Origin: Escherichia phage BMA1
Reading direction: 5' to 3' (one strand)
Sequence record: PQ178821.1
DNA length: 45,135 bases
Position numbers and translations under genes: made by a program. The notes under the pieces are model-generated. The model saw nothing but the letters and a program-made list of their open reading frames with translations, was not told where the DNA came from and ran no database searches. Shown piece after piece: positions 9,745 through 16,992 of the stretch; positions within the stretch are counted from its first letter, which is position 1; every line of letters begins with the position of its first letter.

Positions 9745-9856
9745 CCCGTCTGCAGACCCCGACGAGGATTTGATGATTGACGTGAAAAATATGGAATGCG
9801 GGGCGAAGCTAAGGGCGCAGGTGCTGGAGTTGCAGCAAATAATTAAGGGGCCGTAA
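9617..9856 (+). CDS. o-spanin (Rz1-like outer-membrane lipoprotein, 79 aa)
   Basis: Signal peptide with lipobox LSAC, Pro-rich mature part; starts inside the Rz-like ORF in a different frame and extends beyond it. Confidence 0.6.
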   Translation: MLNMLRALTALIVVLMLSACGSSNVPLMPLTESALRPPCKFDSPSADPDEDLMIDVKNMECGAKLRAQVLELQQIIKGP

Positions 9857-9868
9857 TGGCCCCTTTTT
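9847..9868. terminator. bidirectional terminator candidate between convergent genes
   Basis: GGGGCC gtaat GGCCCC stem with T-run on + side; sits between + spanin genes and - strand cassette. Confidence 0.6.
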
Positions 9869-9870
9869 CG

Positions 9871-10635
9871 TTAGCGCGGAATACCGCAGATTTCGTTTAA
9901 CGTCTTCACATCCAGCGCCACCGCCGTGGATTTGGGCTTGTCGGGGTATGGAATGAATTGTTCCACTTCAGGCCACGCCTTGATCAGCTTCTTATCGGTA
10001 TTGTGCATATCCAGCACGCCGGTAACAGTTAGTTTGAACGCGTCATACTTAGCACGCAACTCACGGCGGGCCTTGTCGTTACGGTCCAGGCGCTTACAGA
10101 AGTCATGATCTGCCGGTAAATCCACACGGCAGCGTGGCTTATAGATCGGCAGCGATTTTCCGTCCTCGTCCACTTCACACACTGAAGCCAACATAACTGT
10201 CTCGAACCCCGGAACGATATCGCCGAGATCAGGCGAGAGCTTATTCATATATTTCTCTTCCCAGTATCCGCGATGTACGCGGTATTGGCGACCGTCACCG
10301 CTCAAGGACAAGATGCGAACATTGCCGCCTGCGTTGATTTCAAAGGTGGCGTCGTAAACGCTGCCGATACCCTTCGGGCGATCTGTGTCATGGCGATATG
10401 TTGCCTCGTTGGTGTATACGCTGACGCTGTACATCTGCGACTGGTCGTCGCGGATTGCCTTGATATGCTCGCGGAGCGCTGCGAACGTGCGAATGCCTTC
10501 CGGCATACAGTCCAGCGTGATTGCGTACGCCAGGTCGCGAGAGTCCATCATGATTGTTTTGGCTTCGGTAGCGATTTCGTGGTCGCGCAGGATGTTAGCC
10601 AGGATCTGATTTTTAATGTCTTTCGTCAGTCTCAT
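9871..10635 (-). CDS. hypothetical protein (254 aa), antisense insert in head operon
   Basis: Long ORF on opposite strand to surrounding structural genes; no motif I can assign. Confidence 0.6.
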   Translation of the reverse strand: MRLTKDIKNQILANILRDHEIATEAKTIMMDSRDLAYAITLDCMPEGIRTFAALREHIKAIRDDQSQMYSVSVYTNEATYRHDTDRPKGIGSVYDATFEINAGGNVRILSLSGDGRQYRVHRGYWEEKYMNKLSPDLGDIVPGFETVMLASVCEVDEDGKSLPIYKPRCRVDLPADHDFCKRLDRNDKARRELRAKYDAFKLTVTGVLDMHNTDKKLIKAWPEVEQFIPYPDKPKSTAVALDVKTLNEICGIPR

Positions 10636-10674
10636 TTTTATGTCCTCATTTTAGGGGCTTTCGCCCCGATTGGT

Positions 10675-10989
10675 TTAGTTGAATTTGATGTTGCCACCGG
10701 TGGAAGTTAAGCGGGCACATACAGCTTCAACGGCATCGACGCACATGAAATCGTTAAAGGCTTCGACCAGGGCGTTTATGAAAGATGCCGGAACCAGGCC
10801 GCAAGCCGGATTATCGAATGTAGCGGAGTTGATCGCCGCTTTTGCCGCTTCAGAAGCATTCATGCTCTGGCACAGATTCAGCGCTTCCGCGTTACGCATT
10901 GCGTGAAAGGTAAAGGTATTCGCTACGGTAGCTTTATTGAAACGGGCCATTGCGGCGTCTACTGGAGTTGCTACGGTCATGTTAGTCAT
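10675..10989 (-). CDS. hypothetical protein (105 aa from ATG 10989)
   Basis: ORF upstream of the 254-aa gene on - strand, AAGGA RBS; intercistronic GGGGC-GAAA-GCCCC hairpin at 10652..10665. Confidence 0.5.
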   Translation of the reverse strand: MTNMTVATPVDAAMARFNKATVANTFTFHAMRNAEALNLCQSMNASEAAKAAINSATFDNPACGLVPASFINALVEAFNDFMCVDAVEAVCARLTSTGGNIKFN

Positions 10990-11017
10990 TTTGTTTTCCT
11001 TCATATCTCTGTTGGTG

Positions 11018-11041
11018 TGCAACCAATATACTGCAACCAAC
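11018..11041 (-). promoter_or_regulatory. Two direct ATTGGTTGC-type motifs (reverse orientation) upstream of - strand cassette
   Basis: TGCAACCAAT at 11018..11027 and TGCAACCAAC at 11032..11041. Confidence 0.4.
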
Positions 11042-11143
11042 ATACGCAACGCAAGCGAATTTTGCGATTATTTTTATCGCTGATAATATTAAGGCGTGAA
11101 GTCAAGCGGGTGGCCCGCTTTGCCACAATCCCAGGGGGATAGC

Positions 11144-11848
11144 ATGAAACTTACTAAAGCAGAATATGACGCGTTGCCGGAAGGTATGAAGGCGCTTTTT
11201 GTTGCCGATGGTGACGGGTATAAATCAACGTTCATGACCGCAGAAGAAGTACAGGCGGAAATCAAGGGTCTGAAAGACAACAACGCGAAGCTGGTGAGCG
11301 AGAAGAAAGCAGAAGCCGAACGCCGCGCCGAAGCTGAGCGCCTTGCGAAAGAGAAAGAGGAGGCCGCCGCGCGCAAAAATGGCGACCTCGAAGCGATCGA
11401 CAAGTCCTGGAAAGATAAGTTTGCGAAACACGAAGCAGACACATCGGGAAAAATCGAAGCCTACCGCAAGCAGATCCACGATCTAACCATCGGCAGCGCT
11501 GCCAAAGACCTGGCGTCGAAGCTGTTCGGTAAGAATGCGGGAATCATGCAACGCCACGTAATGGACCGCCTGACGCTGGAAGACGGCGAAGACGGCAGCT
11601 TGAAAGTGCGTGTCTTGCAGGATGGTAAACCGTCCGCGCTGACTATGGAAGAGCTTGAAAAAGAGTTCCGTAATAACGCCGATTTTGCGTCCGTCCTGGC
11701 TGGCACGCCAGCCGGTGGCGCGCCTAGCAAACCGACGCAGGTTGTCGAAGATGTGAAGTCGAAAATCACTATGGGCCATAGCTTCGGCATCACTGACCTT
11801 ACGAAACAGGCGGGAGATATCATCGCGAAGATGGGCGACGACGAGTAA
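11144..11848 (+). CDS. scaffolding protein candidate (234 aa)
   Basis: Ala/Glu/Lys-rich coiled-coil-like sequence (AEAERRAEAERLAKEKEEAAARK); directly upstream of capsid gene; GGGGA RBS. Confidence 0.6.
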   Translation: MKLTKAEYDALPEGMKALFVADGDGYKSTFMTAEEVQAEIKGLKDNNAKLVSEKKAEAERRAEAERLAKEKEEAAARKNGDLEAIDKSWKDKFAKHEADTSGKIEAYRKQIHDLTIGSAAKDLASKLFGKNAGIMQRHVMDRLTLEDGEDGSLKVRVLQDGKPSALTMEELEKEFRNNADFASVLAGTPAGGAPSKPTQVVEDVKSKITMGHSFGITDLTKQAGDIIAKMGDDE

Positions 11849-11852
11849 GCAG

Positions 11853-11878
11853 ATCGCCCGCGAAAGCGGGCGATTTTG
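11853..11878 (+). terminator. hairpin / partial terminator after scaffold gene
   Basis: ATCGCCCGC gaaa GCGGGCGAT followed by TTTT. Confidence 0.45.
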
Positions 11879-11945
11879 CGAGCGCGGAAATCTAAGGTAA
11901 CATTAACGTCACTGGGCGAATGCTCACAACTCAAAGGATTTCGAT

Positions 11946-13040
11946 ATGTCTTTAACAGTGTTCCAGCGTAAACTCGTTACCGCGGTTACGCAAATGATCC
12001 CCGACAACCTGAACGTTTTCAACGCTGCCGCCAATGGCGCTGTTGTTCTCGGTACTGGTGAAGTGCTGAAGGATGTTGTAGAAAAAATGTCCGTAGGCTT
12101 GATCGCCAACCTTGTTACCGACCGTAACGCCTACGCCCCTGTCGGTACTCCGGCAACCGCTAAAGTGCTGGCGCGTATGCTGACCAACTCGGTTAACCTT
12201 TCCGCAAAAGTGGGTCCGGTAGCAATCACTAAGGCCATGATGGCTAAGATCGAAACCAACGTTAACAGCGTTGCGGCTGAGATTGCGGCACAGGCTACTC
12301 AAGCGATTATGCTGCATTACCTGAAAGCAGGTATCGGCGCAAGTAAAGCGGCGATCGAGAGCAACGAAGAGGCAAAATACACCCAACCGGCGCGCGTTGA
12401 CGGCGTTGGCGGTCGAACCTTCCCGACCCTCGCAGACTTCCCGCTGGCGGCGTCCAAGTTCGGCGATCAGGCGTCTTTAATTAAATCCTGGTTTATGGAC
12501 GGCGTTACCTGGGCAAACTTCATTGCATACCAGGCGCTCCCGTCTGCCGAGCAGGTATTCGCGATCGGCGATCTGCAGGTAATGGGCGATGGCCTGGGCC
12601 GCCGTTTCATTATCTCCGATGCCGCTGCCGATGCAATGGGTGCGGGTAAAATGTTGGGGCTGGTCCCTGGCGCGGTTGCAGTTACCACCAACGGCCTTGA
12701 TATGCTGGCGCAGGAAAAAGGCGGTAACGAGAACATTGAGCGCTGGTGGCAGGGCGAGTTCGACTTCAACGTGGCTGTTAAAGGCTATCGTCTGAAGGCG
12801 TCCGCTCGTACGCCGATCGAAGGTGTACGCTCGTTCAAGCTGTCCGACATCACCACTTCCGATAACTGGGAACTGGACCAGGGCCAGGTAGACAACGCAC
12901 CGGCAACCGTGCAGGACGTTGGCGGCGATAGCGATACTAAAGGCCGCCGCCGTACGCAGACCGCGCAGGCAGTGCCTACCCGTAACATTAAGGAAACCGC
13001 GGGCGTACTGGTTACGCTGACTGCGACTACCGCGTCTTAA
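11946..13040 (+). CDS. major capsid protein (364 aa)
   Basis: Size and position after scaffold and before head-tail genes; followed by strong terminator. Confidence 0.75.
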   Translation: MSLTVFQRKLVTAVTQMIPDNLNVFNAAANGAVVLGTGEVLKDVVEKMSVGLIANLVTDRNAYAPVGTPATAKVLARMLTNSVNLSAKVGPVAITKAMMAKIETNVNSVAAEIAAQATQAIMLHYLKAGIGASKAAIESNEEAKYTQPARVDGVGGRTFPTLADFPLAASKFGDQASLIKSWFMDGVTWANFIAYQALPSAEQVFAIGDLQVMGDGLGRRFIISDAAADAMGAGKMLGLVPGAVAVTTNGLDMLAQEKGGNENIERWWQGEFDFNVAVKGYRLKASARTPIEGVRSFKLSDITTSDNWELDQGQVDNAPATVQDVGGDSDTKGRRRTQTAQAVPTRNIKETAGVLVTLTATTAS

Positions 13041-13058
13041 CGGGCGCACATCCCAAAT

Positions 13059-13084
13059 GGGCGGGCTTATGCCCGCCTTTTTTA
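13059..13084 (+). terminator. rho-independent terminator
   Basis: GGGCGGGC ttat GCCCGCC followed by TTTTTT. Confidence 0.6.
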
Positions 13085-13098
13085 TAGGAGTGCATACA

Positions 13099-13600
13099 AT
13101 GTNATGGCGACCCGCAAACCTTTGTTATTTATGCCGCTGCGCGAGGCGTTGAAATTACGCCGAGCGACGCAACGCGACACCTTACTATCGTTAATGACTT
13201 CCTTAACGGCATAGACTGGATCGGCGAACAAGCAGACCCGACCGGAATTGACGCATGGCCTCGCGTCAACTACCCGTCAGACGGTAAGCCGGTGCGAAAC
13301 ACGCTTACTGAAGATTTGGCAGTAGTTCCCGCGGGGCAGATTGTAGACTTCGCATCAATCCCTGTCGCCGTTGAGCAAGCCGTTTACCGGCTGGCAATGT
13401 TGGTGGCGGACGAGGTCGATATTTCTCCTGTTGGCAGTGGTAAGGAGACTATCCGCGAAACTGTTGGCCCGATCACGATGGAATATGACCCTGCGACGAT
13501 TGGTAGCGGTGTCTCGTTCCCGTGGTGGGATGGCTTGCTGGGCCACTGGATTGACTCCGACGGCAACGCAGCGGGTAATTTTGACGTATTCCGGGGGTGA
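13099..13600 (+). CDS. head-tail connector / head completion protein candidate, reading frame broken by ambiguous base at 13103
   Basis: AGGAG RBS and ATG 13099; long ORF continues in +1 frame to 13600; removing the N at 13103 joins them into one ~166-aa ORF. Confidence 0.45.
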
Positions 13601-13704
13601 TATGAATCCTGCATTACTGGCGGCTATTATCGCCGCAAATACTAAACGCCAACCAGAACCGGAGCCAGCACCAGAACCAGAACCACCGGTACAGGAGGAT
13701 GATA

Positions 13705-14058
13705 ATGGCGGGCTTTAATTACGCAGGATTAAAGCGGAAAGTGAATCCGCTGATTAAAAAATTCGGCATGACCGTTACGGTTACGCGTCCGGGGTCGGTT
13801 GACCGCGTAGACGGCGACGAAGTGGTAATCCCGCCAACGTCGTTCGACGTCATAGGTCTTCGCGAGGAGTACAAGCCTAGCGAGATCGACGGAACGCGTA
13901 TCGTTGCCGGTGATGTGAAGTTTTTATGTCGGGCGGTTGAGCAATTGCGGGTGGGCGACCTTGTTAACCTGAACGGCACTGACTACCGGGTCGTTAACCC
14001 TAACCCACTGCAACCGGCGGGGACGACCATGCTGTTTCAACTACAGCTAAGGGGCTAA
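13705..14058 (+). CDS. head-tail joining protein candidate (117 aa)
   Basis: AGGAGG RBS; position in head-tail connector region. Confidence 0.5.
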   Translation: MAGFNYAGLKRKVNPLIKKFGMTVTVTRPGSVDRVDGDEVVIPPTSFDVIGLREEYKPSEIDGTRIVAGDVKFLCRAVEQLRVGDLVNLNGTDYRVVNPNPLQPAGTTMLFQLQLRG

Positions 14059-14059
14059 C

Positions 14060-14653
14060 GTGGCTGAAGTCTACTCATTCGCCGCCACTATTGCTACGTG
14101 GGTGGATAAGACGAAGGAGAACAACGATAAGGCGGTGCGGGCGTACGGGATGCAAATACTCGGACGCCTTATTGAGATCTCCCCGGTGGGCGACCCTCGC
14201 CGGTGGAAAATTAACAGGGCTTACGCGCTGGCCCGCCAGCACGCGAACAAGGTGAACGCCGCGCAGCGTCGCAAGAATGGTGGCAAACTGAAGCGTGGGC
14301 AGAAAAAGCACGCCAGCGTGCTGGTATCATTCAAGACTAAAAACGGCAACGTCACGTTCCGCCAGCGTGGCTGGGCTGCGAAGAATTACACCGGCGGACG
14401 CTTCCGGGGAAACTGGCAGGTTACGTTCGACCGACCGGCGGTTGGCGCTATCGACCGCGTGGACAAGGCCGGAACGGCAACATTAGCCGCTGGGCGTGAA
14501 GTGCTGGCGCATTACGATTCCGGTGAATACGGGTCGATCTGGTTTACTAACAACGTGCCATACGCGCAGCGACTTGAGTATGGCTGGAGTAAACAAGCGC
14601 CCGCGGGGATTGTTCGCGTCGTAGCGGCAGAAATTAATTCGAAGGTGAAATAA
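14060..14653 (+). CDS. neck / tail completion protein candidate (197 aa, GTG start)
   Basis: Position between head-tail joining genes and tail terminator-like gene. Confidence 0.5.
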   Translation: MAEVYSFAATIATWVDKTKENNDKAVRAYGMQILGRLIEISPVGDPRRWKINRAYALARQHANKVNAAQRRKNGGKLKRGQKKHASVLVSFKTKNGNVTFRQRGWAAKNYTGGRFRGNWQVTFDRPAVGAIDRVDKAGTATLAAGREVLAHYDSGEYGSIWFTNNVPYAQRLEYGWSKQAPAGIVRVVAAEINSKVK

Positions 14654-15075
14654 TGAGCAATACCGCAATCCGCAAAGCGCTTAACAGCGTGGTTGAAGAG
14701 TTATCGGCAAGCCTGAGCACAAGCCAGCGTCCGATTAGGGTTAACTGGGAGAACGTGAGCGGCGACCACGCAAACGGCAGCGGTGTCTACCTGGAGCCGT
14801 ACCTGCTACCGGCCCCGACCCAGTTTGTGGGCTTACAGCAGAAGGGTCGGATCTATGCTGGCGTATATCAGGTTGCCGTGGTGTTTCCCGCAGGAACTGG
14901 AACACAGTACGCGAGCGAACTGGCAGACGCCATCGCTACGTCTGATAAGTGGCTGGCGGTGAAGATTTCCGGTGCGTCATTTCAGCTTCAGGACGCGCCA
15001 TACACCAGTTCAGTGATTGAAGACGTTGATCGCGCCCGCATCGTGGTTACAGTACCCTACACCTGTTGCGCCTGA
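14653..15075 (+). CDS. tail terminator-like protein candidate (140 aa)
   Basis: ATGA coupling; position immediately upstream of major tail protein. Confidence 0.45.
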   Translation: MSNTAIRKALNSVVEELSASLSTSQRPIRVNWENVSGDHANGSGVYLEPYLLPAPTQFVGLQQKGRIYAGVYQVAVVFPAGTGTQYASELADAIATSDKWLAVKISGASFQLQDAPYTSSVIEDVDRARIVVTVPYTCCA

Positions 15076-15136
15076 TTTGGCGCTATTCTGCGCGTGCTGT
15101 ATCATTAAACCGTATATCTAAACAGGAGCGTTCATT

Positions 15137-15862
15137 ATGGGTTATCAACTTCCTAACGGGTCTAGCGTCCAGATTGGGTCCGTACTGGGCAACGGCATCG
15201 CTGTTACAGCAGCTACCAACGCCGCCGCGTCGATCTCCGACCTTACGCAAGGTTGCGTAATTACCTGCGCGGAGTCTCACGGTCTGGTTGTTGGCGACGT
15301 TGTTATGTTCACTAAAACCCCGTGGGTCCGTGCGCTGAACCGCGCGTTCATCGTTGGTAAAGTATCTGGGAACGACGTTACACTGGCGCGCTTCGATACT
15401 CAAGACGCCACCAAATACCCGACCGGTGCTTTCGGCGTAGGCACACCAGGCGAGGTGGTGAAGGTGTCGAGCTTTATCGACTTCCCGTTTATCACTAACG
15501 TCGCCGTGTCTGGTGGCGACCAGCAGACTACTACCTTCCAGCCGTTGCAGGTGAATACCGCGATTAGTCTGAATACCACGAAAAACCCGTTGGTCCAGAC
15601 TTACACCTTCACCCATGACGAAGAAGACCCGATCCGCCCGATTCTGGAAGACCTGGACGACACACAGAAAACCACTGTGATTAAGTTCACTAACCCGGCA
15701 GCGGCAAGCGGCAAAGGTGAGATCCGCATTTACCCGGCTAAGGTGTCTTTCCAGAAGATTCCATCGGCTGAAGTAAACAACGTGGAGACGGTGGAGTCCA
15801 CTCTGACCATGCAATCCGATATGGTTATTTACCGTAAGGACCTGGTTGAAGCGCTGTCGTAA
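15137..15862 (+). CDS. major tail (tube) protein (241 aa)
   Basis: Position before chaperone/tape-measure; followed by terminator. Confidence 0.75.
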   Translation: MGYQLPNGSSVQIGSVLGNGIAVTAATNAAASISDLTQGCVITCAESHGLVVGDVVMFTKTPWVRALNRAFIVGKVSGNDVTLARFDTQDATKYPTGAFGVGTPGEVVKVSSFIDFPFITNVAVSGGDQQTTTFQPLQVNTAISLNTTKNPLVQTYTFTHDEEDPIRPILEDLDDTQKTTVIKFTNPAAASGKGEIRIYPAKVSFQKIPSAEVNNVETVESTLTMQSDMVIYRKDLVEALS

Positions 15863-15892
15863 TTTGGTCGCTTAAATAGCGGGTGTTAATAT

Positions 15893-15915
15893 GGGGCCGT
15901 ACTGGCCCCTTTTTT
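15893..15915 (+). terminator. rho-independent terminator
   Basis: GGGGCC gtact GGCCCC followed by TTTTTT. Confidence 0.6.
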
Positions 15916-15931
15916 ATTGGAGAATACTACA

Positions 15932-16294
15932 ATGGCTAAAGCACCACTTTTCACACTTGACCCTAAGCCTACCTTTAAGCTGCCGATTGAGATCCCGCGC
16001 CCAGGCGAAAACGAACCGGGCAAAATGACGTTTACAGTACGCCACCGCCCTATCGACGAATTTTCGCAGACCATGCAGGACACGGAGCGCAAGTTGTCGG
16101 AATATGATGACAATGACCCGGACGGCTTTAACGTTATGGTCGAGGCCATCATGCACGTCGCAGAAGGCTGGAATCTGCCAGACGAATTTAACGCGGAGAA
16201 CGTCCGCCGCCTGGTGGTCAACTATCCGCGCGCGTTCGGCGTGTTCCACACTTCGTACTATCTCGAACTGATGGGATTGCGTGAAAAAAACTAA
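15932..16294 (+). CDS. tail assembly chaperone (lambda G-like)
   Basis: Small acidic ORF between major tail and tape measure, ending at a poly-A slippery site. Confidence 0.75.
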   Translation: MAKAPLFTLDPKPTFKLPIEIPRPGENEPGKMTFTVRHRPIDEFSQTMQDTERKLSEYDDNDPDGFNVMVEAIMHVAEGWNLPDEFNAENVRRLVVNYPRAFGVFHTSYYLELMGLREKN

Positions 16295-16608
16295 TTGAGG
16301 CGGCGCGACGCTTTTATGGCCCGCCGCCACCCTCCGAAGATTTAGCCGCTAGTTTATGGGGTGCGGCCCCCGAAGATGTTTGTCCGCCTGTTGCGCTATG
16401 GCCTGACAACGCGAAGATAGTCGCAGTATTCACAGATTGCTCCACGCAATGGCGCACCGGATTTGGTGGCGCATACGGCATCGACTACGGCGTGCTGGAG
16501 TGGTTATTTAAGATGCACGGTATCGAAAACGAGCAGCGCGCGTTTAAAGATATCAAGCTAATGGAACGCATCGCGCTTGATGAAATGGCGCAGCAGAACC
16601 CCGCATAG
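15932..16608 (+). CDS. tail assembly chaperone -1 frameshift fusion (GT-like)
   Basis: Slip at A_AAA_AAC (16285..16291) continues in -1 frame as KKLIEAARRFYGPPPP... to TAG at 16606..16608. Confidence 0.65.
16285..16291 (+). other. programmed -1 ribosomal frameshift slippery heptamer A_AAA_AAC
   Basis: XXXYYYZ heptamer in zero frame of the chaperone gene, 4 nt before its stop; -1 frame stays open for ~105 codons. Confidence 0.6.
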
Positions 16609-16610
16609 TG

Positions 16611-16929
16611 AAGCGGGACAGGCGGGACGTCCCGTTTTGTCCCGCCTCTGTAAAACCACATATCTAATCACTTTTATTGCATAAACTCAAAGCGGGACAG
16701 GCGGGACGTCCCGTTTTGTCACACCCTGTAAATGTGCATACCTATGCAGATTTCGTGCATAAACCAAACGGGACAAAAAGCGGGACAAACACGAGGCGGG
16801 ACAAAGCGGGACAGCACCCCGTCCCCGCCAGTGCTGCCGCGGTTTTTAGCCGATCGGGACAGCGGGACAGCACCCCAGTCTTTCAGACTAGACGGGGGTC
16901 AATGGCCCCCCTCGTCTGAGACTGAATAA
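16611..16929. repeat. GCGGGACA iteron array with tandem ~76-bp subunits and terminal hairpin (copy 1)
   Basis: At least 9 GCGGGACA-like units; palindromes GCGGGACGTCCCG+TTTT at 16622..16638 and 16701..16717; 3' part near-identical to 44851..45025. Confidence 0.7.
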
Positions 16930-16992
16930 GGTTTGTTTTGAAATCGCTGATACAATATCCATCGGCAACTGCATAAAAAAGGGGACTGCATA

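Noticed and set aside
15083-15814. 243-aa ORF on the - strand
   Set aside because: Completely antisense to the major tail protein gene.
16677-16919. 80-aa ORF across the iteron region, with a similar ORF at 44760..45014
   Set aside because: Both run through noncoding-looking repeat arrays; they have no RBS, are Gly/Arg/Gln-rich from the GGGACA repeats, and the two copies differ by indels that break any shared frame.
16611-16929. Possible CRISPR array
   Set aside because: Repeat units are only ~8 bp, irregularly spaced, with no uniform spacers and no cas genes; consistent with iterons, not CRISPR.
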